A stretch of DNA of 64,000 bases from Macrostomum lignano (GCA_002269645.1 NIVC01000067.1:806001-870000); one strand, 5' to 3'; shown: positions 1 through 11,067, numbered from the stretch's first letter. A program made the numbers and translations. Notes: generated by a model not told the origin, from the sequence alone.

Positions 1-2
1 CG

Positions 3-1043
3 ATGCTCTTCAATGCAGGCGCCCGGCCCTTCCACAAGTCGGAAATTAAGCGGATGCAGCAGGCAATGGACCGTCGTTATCGGTACGTGTGGAGCAGCAA
101 GACCGAACCACCGCTAAAAGAAATGGAGAGAAAAAAAGTGAACATGTGGGACGTGCGGAACGAACTGCGGGTCCGAAGCATCGGCGCCAAAGTCGAATCG
201 GCCCACTGGCGCAGGCTAGGCCACGTACTCAGACTCCCGGATACCAGCACCGTCAAAAGATGTGTCCTCGGCTGGAGCAAGAAGCTGACTACCATCAAGA
301 AAGCGCGGAAGAGAAGGCAGACCATCATCTCGGTATGGAGAAAGCTACTGCGCACGGCAGAAATCGATGAGCTGGAGGTCGAAAGGCTGGTGACCGATAG
401 AGAGGCTTGGAGAAAGAAGTTACGCATCAGGGAAAGAGCGCTGGAGGAGAGCGAGAGGAAGAAAGGAAAGAAAGCAGAGACGACTGAGGAAGAAACAGCA
501 CAGGAAAGAGAAGCCGGAGAAGTGGAATCGGAGCTGACCGGGTACAGGTGCAATTACGAGAACTGCGGGAAGGTGTGCGCGTCGAGAGCCGGGTTAGCCG
601 TACACCAACGGAGGATACACCATCAATTTACGAAGACACCGCTGCCGTGCCTAAAGTGCAACGCTACCTTCTTCACGGAGGCGACAAGAAAAAACCACCA
701 GAAGAGGTGCGGAGGAGAGGAGCGATCGGCGAAAGAAGTCCACTGCGGAGAGTGCAACAAGTGGATAAGCAAGTCCAACCACGCGCGGCATAGGAAACGG
801 TGCAAGGAGAACGGAAGGAAACCAGAGGCGGGCGCGACACCGGACGAGAGGGCAGAAGAAGCAGCAGTACCAACGGGGAGAGGCCAGCAGACGACGGGGA
901 TTACGGCGCGGATCTACAAGAGCGCCAGAGCTCCGTGCCCGGACTGCGGGAGGATGCTGGCCCGCACGAACATGGCCAGACATCGAAAGACCTGCCAGTG
1001 AGTCGGCGGCAGAGCGTCCACGCCGCGAGGCGAGAAAAGGACT
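3..1043 (+). mobile_element. 3' end of a non-LTR retrotransposon (RTE-like): post-RT domain plus four zinc fingers and short 3' UTR; runs off the left edge
   Basis: ORF 3..1001 has the LINE post-RT motif HWRRLGHVLRLP..VK...LGW, then one C2H2 (CNYENC..HQRRIH) and three C2HC-like fingers (CLKC..HQKRC, CGEC..HRKRC, CPDC..HRKTC). About 40 nt of 3' UTR is followed by a (GAA)n tail. Clade assignment is by motif recall only. Confidence 0.8.
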
Positions 1044-1170
1044 GAAGAAGAAGAAGATGATGGTGGAGGGTGATGATGATGACGGTGGTGATCGTGACGG
1101 TGATGATGGTGGTGATGGTGATGATGATGATGGTGATGATGATGGTGATGATGATAATGGTGATAATAGT
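1044..1170 (+). repeat. (GAA)4 then degenerate (GAT/GGT)n microsatellite; LINE tail or target site
   Basis: Seen directly; abuts the LINE 3' UTR. Explains the poly-His and Ile/Thr ORFs on the minus strand. Confidence 0.9.
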
Positions 1171-1275
1171 TGCCATTAAAGATGATGAAGTTACAAAATG
1201 CTGAACAATAAAAAGTAGAGAGATCTAATGCAAGTACCAAACTAAGACCAAGTACAGCAGTGAACTGTAGCTCAC

Positions 1276-1971
1276 GTGGCACAGATTAACAGTCCGACAG
1301 TCGTACATAGTCCGACACTGCCAGCCGCAGTACATCACGGACAGCAGGGCTACAATCGAGGCCAGCACTGCGCAGAATTGAAAAGCGGACAGATTGGCCA
1401 GATCGGCCGAGGCCCAGTTAGCCAATGGCACGGCCAGACAAGCGGCCATGTAGGGCACCTGGGCTAGCCAGAGCTGGGACAGGCGGGTGGCAGTCTGGCT
1501 AGACATCTCAATAAGCAGTGAGGCGTGAGCAAATCGAACGCATTTATCAACCAGCTGGAACATCAGGTCAGTCAGCACCAACTGCAGGCCGATGTTAACA
1601 GCCGGCAGCCAGCGGAACCAATGCAAGCTGAACGCCAAGGCGTACACTGGTGCCGCGTACAGCAGCCACTTGCGACGGTCCGTCAGCCGGCTGTCCTGAA
1701 CATGCGACACGGCCAAACTGATCAGTGTGCTCCACAGCATAGCAACCAACTGGGACGCCTGGAACCAGTTCTCGCTAAGCAGGAACACCGTCAGGTACAC
1801 TTTGGCGCGGAAGAAATCTAATAGACCGGACACTAGCGACAGGCCAAGATTGCCGCTGGCGTAGGCCACGGTCTGGCGGGACACCTGCGGCCCGGCCGAG
1901 GCTGGCGTTGCCGACGCTGCTGCGGCTTGTTGCTGCAGAATGCCAACGGCTGCTTCTGTTACAGTAGTGTA
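1276..1971 (-). CDS. MFSD13A: MFS transporter, MFSD13A/TMEM180-like, exon encoding the N-terminal TM bundle; gene continues left of the window
   Basis: YASGNLGLSLVSGLLDFFRAKVYLTVF..LWSTLISLAVSHVQD and LVDKCVRFAHASLLIEMS..LSAFQFCAVLAS parallel TMEM180 as recalled. The frame is open from an acceptor ccccatcccattag (AG 1973-1972; alternative AG 1957-1956) to donor CAC|GTGAGC at 1275. No ATG lies before TM1. Confidence 0.7.
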
Positions 1972-2017
1972 CTAATGGGATGGGGAGTCGGGACTGGGTC
2001 AGGGGGGTTCTTAGTGT

Positions 2018-2788
2018 GTCAGGAGTAATTCCTAATGGATAAGGAGTGATTCTTAGTGGGTCAGGAGTGATTCTTAGTGGGTCAGAAGTGATTCTTAGTG
2101 GGTCAGGAATAATTCTTAATGGGTCAGGAGTGATTGTCAATGGGCCAGGAGTAATTCTTAATGGGCCAGGAGTAATTCTTAATGGGTCAGGAGTAATTCT
2201 TGATAGGTCAGGAGTAATTCTCAATGGGCCAGGAGTAATTCTCAATGGGCCAGGAGTAATTCTCAATGGGTCAGGAGTAATTCTCAATGGGTCAGGAGTA
2301 ATTCTTGATAGGCCAGGAGTGATTCTTGATTCTTGAATTCTTGAAAAGGCGTGTTTTTCAATGAGTCAGGAGTGATTTTAATGGGTCAGGAGTGATTCTC
2401 AATGGGTCAGGAGTAATTCTCAATGGGCCAGGAGTGATTCTTAATGGGTCAGGAGTAATTCTTGATAGGTCAGGAGTAATTCTTAATGGGTCAGGAGTAA
2501 TTCTTAATGGGTCAGGAGTAATTCTCAATGGGTCAGGAGTAATTCTCAATGGGTCAGGAGTAATTCTCAATGGGTCAGGAGTAATTCTCAATGGGTCAGG
2601 AGTAATTCTTGATAGGTCAGGAGTAATTCTCAATGGGCCAGGAGTAATTCTCAATGGGCCAGGAGTGATTCTCAATGGGCCAGGAGTGATTCTTGATAGG
2701 TCAGGAGTGATTCTTGATTCTTGAATTCTTGAAAAGGCGTGTTTTTCAATGAGTCAGGAGTGATTTTAATGGGTCAGGAGTGATTCTT
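2018..2788. repeat. 21-bp minisatellite (gggtcaggagtaattcttaat) with an internal ~388-bp duplication
   Basis: Tandem units seen directly. The spacer ttgaattcttgaaaaggcgtgtttttcaatga occurs twice (about 2330 and 2720). Confidence 0.95.
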
Positions 2789-3613
2789 AAAAAGTCACGA
2801 GGCAATTTTCAACATTTCAAAGGGCAATTCTAAATAAGTCAGGGATAATTCTTATAACGGATCTAGAGCAAGAAAGAATAGCAGAAAAGCTGCGCAGACA
2901 AATAAAATAGAATGGCATTGACACGCTTGACAATTGATGCATGAACTATGCATGTATTTGAATGCCAATGGGGTGCGTGGGTGAGGGGGTTGATAATGAT
3001 CCGCCCAGATCGGAATAGTTTTCATACTAGATTTGTATAAATTTGTATCTATATTGAAGTTAAAGTGCAATTATTATTATTATATAACCAAACTATTTTG
3101 AAGGCAAACACAGATAGGTAGAATGAAATTAGTTGAAAATTATTTTTCATAGCTCCTTGAATAATAATAGTTATTAAATAAACACAGTTGAAGACAGTAT
3201 GGACGGGTTTCCTGAGGTGTGCAGACTGGGGCCAGTATCTGGGTATTATACTTGTGTATGGGAATATAGCCACAAAAAGACACACTTCCGCGGGCAAGGA
3301 AAACTTGATGGATTACACTGCTGCTCAGATTTGCAAGGCAGGTTAAATGTGAGCAAGAAAAGTGCATATGTAATAAATGAGCCAAGAGAGGGGGGAACGT
3401 ACAAGAGCCAAATTAGACTGGATAACCAAAAAATACACGCGAAAACACGCCAATTGGCTACTGAATAAGTAGCAGTAAGTAAGTAGCCTATAAGTAGTAT
3501 AGCAAGTACCAGTATGTACACAATTGGGAAGTACAATAAAACTCCTTCACAGACAGGCAGACAGGGGTAAATATACATTTATAGATAGATTAGATCGGCA
3601 ACTTCTGGCTAGG

Positions 3614-5080
3614 CTAGCTATCGCAGTTCGTTAGCAACAGGCTGGCACCACCGCTGCCGTCTGATGCCGCTGTAGCAGCAACAGCCGCAGCAGCCGGCGT
3701 CGCATTCGCTGTCGAGGCCGACGGGAAACTACTGGAAGAGTCTGGCAATGCCACGCAGTCCGGGTGGTGTTGCAACAATCTTTGCTGCTGCTGAGACTGA
3801 TGCGTACTAGAAGGAGTCTGCGGCTGCTGCATCAGGTGCAAGCTAAGCCGGCGCTGGTTCTGCACAGTCGCCTTGACCTCGGCTATGCGGACTAGGGAGC
3901 GGAGCTTCTTCAACTGGGCGCTGAGATCGCAGCAGAGCACGCCGCTAAGCCGATTGTAGACTGCGGCGCAGTGGGCTGCCTGGTCCAGCATTCGCTGGGC
4001 CTGCCGATCGTCGAATTTGCCAACAAATCGATGATCAACAAAGGCCAGCAGATCTGGCGAGTCCAGCCTGGCGTGGGCCAGGTCCTCCGGCTCCGGACTG
4101 CGCAGATACTCGCGGCCAGGCCGCGGCGGCTCGGCTGGCGGATGCTGCTGAGTCGGAGGCGCTGCTCCTGTCTGCTGCTGTTGAACCTCCGTCATTGGCG
4201 GAGATGCCTCCTTCACGGTGGAGGAAGCCGCCGCGTTTGCTGCTGCCGCAGTCGCCGAAGAAGACGATGCGGACGATGCCGACGAAGCCGAAGATCGAAC
4301 TGGAGCGACTGGGGCTGCCGACTCCCTCGACTGCGGCTGCTGCGTCGGCGGCTGTCGCGACGATGATGCGCCTTCGCTGAGCCGCTGCTGCTCTTCCGAT
4401 GCCTTCCGTTTGAGAGTCTTGGGCGTCCGGCTGGCCGGCTCGTGGCGCGGACTGATGTCCATGTCGTCGGATGCCTGCGGGTTCTGCTGCTGCTGTTGCT
4501 GCCCGCCTGAGGATCCGTGATGCCCACGGCTAGGCGGCATCAGCGAAGAGGCGGCCGAGAAGCCTTCTTGTCGAGCGTCTAGAGTGATGCGAGTCTCTTT
4601 GATGCGCTGCAATAAGCGACTGTCGCCAACGCTTGATTGGCGCTGCTGAGGCGCAGTCTGGTGCTGACTGCGGTGCTGCTGCTGCTCCTTGTGGTGCTGG
4701 TTAGCCTGGTCATTCCGACTGCGCCGCACGGGCGGCCGCCGCTCCTGTTTTAGCAGGGCCTGCTGCTGCCGCTGCCTGATAATGTGCTGCAGCTCCTCCT
4801 GGCTGAGATCCGGGAGGCTCCACTCGGCCGGTTTCACCCACTGCGAAGTTTCCGTCCGGCAATTGTAGTAATAGAGCCGATTTTTTGAGCTCAACTGCTC
4901 AGACCAGTTGTTCTGAATTCGCACGGCGCTGCTGCGCCACTCTGTCTTGCCTTCGCCGCCGCCGCCGCTGCTGCCACCGGCATGCCCGCCGCTGCCGCCG
5001 CGACTGCTGGCACTGTTGCTGTTGTTGTTGCCGTCGGCCGCGTTGCCGTTCGGACGGCTGCAACCGCTGGTCTCTGGCAT
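3614..5080 (-). CDS. WAC: WW domain-containing adaptor with coiled-coil, 488 aa, single coding exon
   Basis: WW domain WSEQLSSKNRLYYYNCRTETSQWVKPAEW and C-terminal coiled coil LSAQLKKLRSLVRIAEVKATVQNQR both match WAC signatures. An acceptor aatttcag lies 9 nt upstream of the ATG. Confidence 0.9.
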   Translation of the reverse strand: MPETSGCSRPNGNAADGNNNSNSASSRGGSGGHAGGSSGGGGEGKTEWRSSAVRIQNNWSEQLSSKNRLYYYNCRTETSQWVKPAEWSLPDLSQEELQHIIRQRQQQALLKQERRPPVRRSRNDQANQHHKEQQQHRSQHQTAPQQRQSSVGDSRLLQRIKETRITLDARQEGFSAASSLMPPSRGHHGSSGGQQQQQQNPQASDDMDISPRHEPASRTPKTLKRKASEEQQRLSEGASSSRQPPTQQPQSRESAAPVAPVRSSASSASSASSSSATAAAANAAASSTVKEASPPMTEVQQQQTGAAPPTQQHPPAEPPRPGREYLRSPEPEDLAHARLDSPDLLAFVDHRFVGKFDDRQAQRMLDQAAHCAAVYNRLSGVLCCDLSAQLKKLRSLVRIAEVKATVQNQRRLSLHLMQQPQTPSSTHQSQQQQRLLQHHPDCVALPDSSSSFPSASTANATPAAAAVAATAASDGSGGASLLLTNCDS

Positions 5081-5149
5081 TCAATAGGCCTGAAATTGCG
5101 GAAAGTCTGCTACTAGAAGAAAATAGAGTCTACTAAAACGGCTTACTAT

Positions 5150-5470
5150 AAAAAAGGCAATGGCTGGTACTAGAAGAGGGCAATGGCTGGTAGTAGAAGA
5201 GGGCAATGGCTGCTACTAGAAGAGGGCAATGGCTGCTACTAGAAGAGGGCAATAGCTGCTACTAGAAGAGGGCAATGGCTGGTACTAGAAGAGGGCAATG
5301 GCTGCTACTAGAAGAGGGCAATGGCTGGTAGTAGAAGAGGGCAATGGCTGGTAGTAGAAGAGGGCAATGGCTGCTACTAGAAGAGGGCAATAGCTGGTAC
5401 TAGAAGAGGGCAATGGCTGCTACTAGAAGAGGGCAATAGCTGGTACTAGAAGAGGGCAATGGCTGCTTCT
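5150..5470. repeat. 23-bp minisatellite (tagaagagggcaatggctgctac)
   Basis: About 13 tandem units seen directly. Confidence 0.95.
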
Positions 5471-6351
5471 AGAAGGCGATGGGTGTTAATAGAAGATGGA
5501 AAAGTGCCTTTATTTGTTTTAAAACAATGAAGAATAATAAGGGAAGACCAAGTAGGCCGAAAATTTGCAACAAATTCAATTAATTAGCAGTTGAATTTTT
5601 CTGTAGCAGCTTTTCTTTCAAATTTATTTTTAACTAAGTTTGGTGCATTCTTTCTTATCAAACAAAGATAAATTAGCAAAAGACGAGAATAGCAAACACT
5701 GAATTAGATTTAGTCGGGAATTAGCTATACTTTAAAGATTTCATTTGGCCTAAAAAGATTATTAGGGCAAATATGAGTCAAGGAAACACATAAACAAACA
5801 GTAATATATATTTATAAATGTACATAAAAAGATTAGCATATAGTGCCTTAGATCAGTATTAATAACGATATTCATTAGTTTTGAATGCATGTATTTACAT
5901 TGTAGCGCTGCATTACTTGACAGTAGGATCAATAGGGTAGGTAAATTTCAATTAATTAAAGAAATTTTAATAGGTATATAATTGCAGCAAATTTATGTCA
6001 GATACTACTTAGATTTACGTTATTAAGTAATAAACAAGAGAAAATAAGCAATAAAATAAGCAACATCTTGAAAAACAATTAGGACTGCAAGGGAACAAAC
6101 AAATCAATTTAACAGAAGGTAAGCGGCAATTATTTATCAGCTTGACATCCATAAACATTTACCAGTAGGTTTTTTGAGATGACTTGCTTTTGTACTTTTG
6201 TAACTAAGGGAATTGAACATATGGTATTAATGACTGAAAATTAAATAAATAAATACTATTTAGCCACTAATAATATCCCAACCTTAAGTGAAAGTTGTTT
6301 TTTCTGAAAATTTCAAGCGTTTTGCATATTTCATTTTTATAGTATAAGAAC

Positions 6352-6745
6352 TTGCGGGCTGGTTGCCGATCTGCCGGAACTGGCAGGTTGGACTCGGGCT
6401 GGTTGCCGATCTGCCGGAACTGGCAGGTTGGACTCGGGCTGGGTGCCGATCTGTCGGAACTGGCAGGTTGGACTCGGGCTGGTTGCCGATCTGCTGGCGG
6501 GTTGGACTCGGGCTGGGTGCCGATCTTCCGGAACTGGCAGGTTGGACTCGGGCTGGGTGCCGATCTGCTGGCAGGTTGGACTCGGGCTGGGTGCCGATCT
6601 GCTGGCAGGTTGGACTCGGGCTAGGTGCCGATCTGATGGCAGGTTGGACTCGGGCTGGGTGCCGATCTGCTGGCGGGTTGGACTCGGGCTGGGTGCCGAT
6701 CTGCTGGCGGGTTGGACTCGGGCTGGGTGCCGATCTGCTGGCAGG
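6352..6745. repeat. Minisatellite with 40-bp and 34-bp unit variants (gcaggttggactcgggctgggtgccgatctgctg)
   Basis: Seen directly; accounts for the four overlapping ORFs here. Confidence 0.95.
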
Positions 6746-7042
6746 TCTCTCGGACAAATAACAACATGCGAGATGTCGCTAACAAAACTGCTGTCGTATT
6801 AGCGACGGAATTAAAAGCTAATGCTGTGCAGGATATTACTTGTAGTCTTAGTAGTTGGCTGAGGTCTAACTTGAGGAGTCGAGGTTAACTACACACACCA
6901 GCAGGCGCGAATGAAAATTGGTTTCTCAACTCTTGAAAATTGCTGATGAAGAAAGAAAATAGGTAATCCGACGCGTATAGCAGGGCAAATTCCTGATCAC
7001 TTCAAACCGCGCACTCTCTGCTCCCTTCCCTCTCTCTCTCAC

Positions 7043-7217
7043 TCAGGCCGCCAGCTCGATAGACTGCACTGGGCAGGTCTTGCAGTCAATTAGACCGGCG
7101 CCTGTGTCCAATGCGGCCTCGGGCACGCCTGAGCCAGTTAGGAAGGCCACACAGGACTCAGTGTCCGGAAAGCCCAATTCGGACTCAACGTAGGAAATTG
7201 GTACCGTTGGCCGGTAT
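7043..7217 (-). CDS. LENG8: LENG8 last coding exon (not in ORF track)
   Basis: Acceptor ctgtctcag; reads YRPTVPISYVESELGFPDTESCVAFL..IDCKTCPVQSIELAA*, matching the LENG8 C-terminus. Phase fits the previous exon (TC|A). Confidence 0.9.
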
Positions 7218-7648
7218 CTGAGACAGGGGAGAGACGCGGTTGATTGATCGGTAAATAAAACGAATAATTAACAAGATAATTTAGCAATAGAATTTTTAAT
7301 TTGTTTAAATGCACTTTTAATGATAATAGAAAAAAATCAAGAATCCAAAATTCTGGCAGACATCCGTCGATGGAAATGCCGAACTTGGAGGTCGAATAGG
7401 AGACTTACTCTCTCTCTCTCGGCCTATCTCTGGTGGAGGCGCCGCCTTTTCCGGGATCATTTCTTAACTGAAATTAGGCTTCAATTAACAAACAAACGCA
7501 CACGATTCCAAGCATAAAAATTAACAGATCTCTCCCGACGAAAAGAAAACTGCCCCCAACAATGAAACTTGTTTTTGTTTGAACTCTTGCATTGCCCGAG
7601 CAGCGAGTTTTAATCCTGTGTTTGGGCAAAACGGTTGGCGCTACTTAC

Positions 7649-7856
7649 GACTTAATAATCGCCTTCAAGGCCAGGACGCGTTCCCTATCCAAAAACCAGT
7701 TCACAATGTGCCCACAATAGCCTGGCGCTGTGGTGTAAAGCTTAAAAAATGTGTGATAATTGTTAAGCGACCAAGCCGTGCGCAGCTTGAGGGCAAACTT
7801 AATGCACGGGTGACCCTTGCACTCGGCTGTTAGGCGGCCAATTGTTGTTGTGAGGT
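7649..7856 (-). CDS. LENG8: LENG8 PCI/SAC3-domain exon (not in ORF track)
   Basis: ttgcag|..|gtaagt; LTTTIGRLTAECKGHPCIKFALKLRTAWSLNNYHTFFKLYTTAPGYCGHIVNWFLDRERVLALKAIIKS. Confidence 0.92.
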
Positions 7857-7914
7857 CTGCAACGGTTCGGGCGGAGTGTGGCGCTTAGCAATCATAGCAT
7901 CAGTTTGCGGCCTC

Positions 7915-8950
7915 TGGTCTGCTTTTAGGGGCGATTCTGGGTGGCTTAGGGGAGATTCTGGGGCGGCTTAGGGGCGATTCTGGTCTGCCTTTAGGGGCGG
8001 TTCTGGGGCGGTTTAGGGGCGATTCAGGGGCGGCTTAGGGGCGATTCTGGGGCGGTTTAGGGGAGATTCTGGTCTGCTTTTAGGGGCGATTCTGGGGCGC
8101 AGCTTAGGGGCGATTCTGGTCTGCTTTTAGGGGCGGTTCTGGGGCGGTTTAGGGGCGATTCAGGGGCGGTTTAGGGGCGATTCTGGGTGGCTTAGGCGAT
8201 TCTGGGGCGGTTTAGGGGAGATTCTGGTCTGCTTTTAGGGGCGATTCTGGGGCGCAGCTTAGGGGCGATTCTGGTCTGCTTTTAGGGGCGGTTCTGGGGC
8301 GGTTTAGGGGCGATTCAGGGGCGGCTTAGGGGCGATTCTGGGTGGCTTAGGGGCGATTCTGGGGCGGTTTAGGGGAGATTCTGGTCTGCTTTTAGGGGCG
8401 ATTCTGGGGCGCAGCTTAGGGGCGATTCTGGTCTGCTTTTAGGGGCGGTTCTGGGGCGGTTTAGGGGCGATTCAGGGGCGGCTTAGGGGCGATTCTGGTC
8501 TGCTTTTAGGGGCGGTTCTGGGGCGGTTTAGGGGCGATTCAGGGGCGGCTTAGGGGCGATTCTGGGTGGCTTAGGGGCGATTCTGGGGCGGTTTAGGGGA
8601 GATTCTGGTCTGCTTTTAGGGGCGATTCTGGGGCGCAGCTTAGGGGCGATTCTGGGACGACTTTAGGGGCAATTTTGGGGCGACTTTAGGGACGGCTTAG
8701 GGGTGATTCTAAGGAGGGTTTAGGGGCGACATTAGGGACAGCTTAGGGGCGATTTTGGGGGCAGTTTAGGGGCGATTCTAAGAGCTTAAGAGTGATATTG
8801 GGGCGGATTTAGGGGCGATTCTAAGAGCTTAAAAGAGTGATATTGGGGCGGATTTAGGGGCGATTCTAAGGAGGACTTGCGGGCGATTCTTGGGCGGCTT
8901 AGGGGCAATTCTAGAGCGGATTATCTAAATTATTCTGAAGGCGGCTTAAG
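7915..8950. repeat. G-rich satellite built on TTAGGGG cores, ~157-bp higher-order period, in a LENG8 intron
   Basis: ttaggggcgattctggggcgg-type units; the ggggcgcagctt marker recurs at about 8093, 8250, 8407 and 8632. Confidence 0.9.
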
Positions 8951-9068
8951 GACGGCGCATTTTAAGAAGTAGCTTGGGACAGAAATTTATTAATTCTAGA
9001 AACGTCGAAAAGCCAATTTGAAGTAGATAATTCTAGAGAGTTGAAAACAGCTCGATAGTAGAACTCAC

Positions 9069-10423
9069 GAGTAATGTCGTGCGTGGACATGAAGTACAGC
9101 ATTCGATAGGCGGTGAACTCGACTCTCCGGCCTGGCACGCCCTCCTCATAGAGGGTCTTCAGTTGGGAATTGCACTGGTTGAACTCATCCCTATCGTTGG
9201 CCTCCAGCGCCACCTCGGCGTGGGCTTCGTAGACTCGCACAGTCAGCTGGTCGCGAATGCACTGCACAGTAAGATCCTGTCGAATAGATTTGAACTGTTC
9301 GCACACGTACAAGTAGTCGGCCGACTTATTGGCCCATTTCTCCAACACAAGGGCTAGAGCGCGCTGTAGGGTGGCGCGCGATCTTACTATCGAGGGGTCC
9401 GGCGCGCTAGTTAAGCGCAAGTATTCCTTCTCTAGCTGCGTACTAGTACCCACTATGCTCAGCCGCTTCCAGTCAATTTTATCAGCCGCATCGTCGCCCT
9501 GCCCCCTAAGGGCGCACAGCGAGTCAGATACGGACCCGGTCCACTGCCGGCTGAGCAGCCGCTGCTTCTGCTGCTGCTGCTGCTGCGACTCCTGGCCTAA
9601 GTGGTCCTTGAACCTCTGACGGCGACGGCTTAGCTTGGCCTCCGCTTCCGGGCTAAAGCCAGCTGCGGGACCGCCGCCGCCTCGTCCTCCGCGGCCGCCG
9701 CGACCTCCGCGACCTTTGCCGCGACCGCGTCCTGCCGACTGCTGGCTGGCCAGCCCGGCCTCAACACTGCTGTCGTCCTCGCCGACGCTTTCGTTGCTGT
9801 TGCCGAAGCGGCCTCGGCCAAGTCGGCCGGCTAAGCCGCGGCGGCGACCTCGGTTGAAACCGGCGGAGCCGACGGGACTGCGACTGCGGCTTCGACTCCG
9901 GCTGCGGCTCCGGTCGCGCCGATACTCACCCCGACGCATGTTGCGTCGCCTCAGCATTGACGACGTGGCCGAAGCCGACGGCGAGTCGGATGACGACGTT
10001 CTCGAGCTGGAATTATAAGACGATCGCGACCGGTGCCTGGAACGGGAACGGGATCGGCTGTTGCCGCGACGGCGCCTGCGCGGAGGCGGCGAACGGGAGC
10101 GGGAGCGGCTGCGCCGGCCGCCAGACGACGACGTTGGTGACTTCCGACGCTCCAGCATCTGCCAGGGCGGCGGCGGGCGCTCCAGCAGCTGCGTTGGCGG
10201 CGGCGGCAGGCGGCTACCGAATTGTGAAAAGCCTCTGGCCGGCTGCTGCGACTGCAACGGTGTGCCACCGCCAAAGCCGCCGCCGCCGCCACCACGTCCG
10301 CGACCGCGCCCGCGCGCACCACCGCCGCTGCCGCCAATCGTCGACGCTCCGTCGGCCGAACCCGCCGGCTTTGCTGGCGACCAACGGCCGGTGTAGCCGA
10401 GCTGGCGCGGCGCCTGCTGCTGG
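9069..10423 (-). CDS. LENG8: LENG8 large exon: RGG/RS-rich region and SAC3/GANP domain
   Basis: IVGTSTQLEKEYLRLTSAPDPSIVR..YVCEQFKSIRQDLTVQCIR..VYEAHAEVALEANDRDEFNQCNSQLKTLY..EFTAYRMLY is the SAC3/THP3 motif. Acceptor ttgctttcag, donor C|GTGAGT. Confidence 0.95.
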
Positions 10424-10650
10424 CTGAAAGCAATAATTAGTAAACAAATGATTACCTAATTGAACTACTGTTAGTAGCATTACAGAATTTCACTGAAATT
10501 ATGCTACCGAACCCGATGAAAACGGCACCTAGGCCGAGAAGCGTCCCAGAGTCTCTTATGTCGCTCTAGATGCGTTTCAATGAGATGACGTTTTGAGCCA
10601 ATGACGCGCGCCTAAAGATAAAAGATAAAGATAAATCCAAAGCGACTTAC

Positions 10651-10821
10651 ACAGTCTGGATATTAAGAAAGTCCAGCGAAGGCAGCGGCTCCTTGTCCCA
10701 ATCAATTGCGTTATCCAATTTGTGCTGCGTAACATAATTTATCTTCTGTTTCAGCAGCAATTCAATCTGGTCTTTCTCAGCGTCGGTAGGAACTGATCGG
10801 AAGGCTCTGTCGACGTACCTT
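10651..10821 (-). CDS. LENG8: LENG8 exon (not in ORF track)
   Basis: Continues WPLSFK into RYVDRAFRSVPTDAEKDQIELLLKQKI..AIDWDKEPLP, the conserved LENG8 WP..YV.R.F..IDW..EPLP motif. cacag|..|gtaagt, phases consistent. Confidence 0.9.
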
Positions 10822-11067
10822 CTGTGAATGGCAAGTGCATTCGATTCTGTCTATTATGGCCAACGTGACTAGACAATGGGGAATGCTATAATCGAATTTG
10901 CATCACGTGATGGGATTGCCCTAACAAGGGAGAGTTTTACTGGTATATTAATTTCCATTCAATATGACATTTCCCTTGAGCCATTATGCTCCTAAACGAA
11001 CCCGATAAGGTCATATCAATATCAAGGAAATGTGGAAGAGGATACAAGGAAAAGTTGAACCAATATA

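Noticed and set aside
1775-2724. RITPDPL and VILNGSG repeat ORFs
   Set aside because: Translations of a 21-bp minisatellite, open on both strands.
9329-10480. Plus-strand and alternative-frame ORFs over LENG8, and similar ones over WAC, the GPCR and AMPK gamma exons
   Set aside because: Shadow ORFs of GC-rich, low-complexity coding exons.
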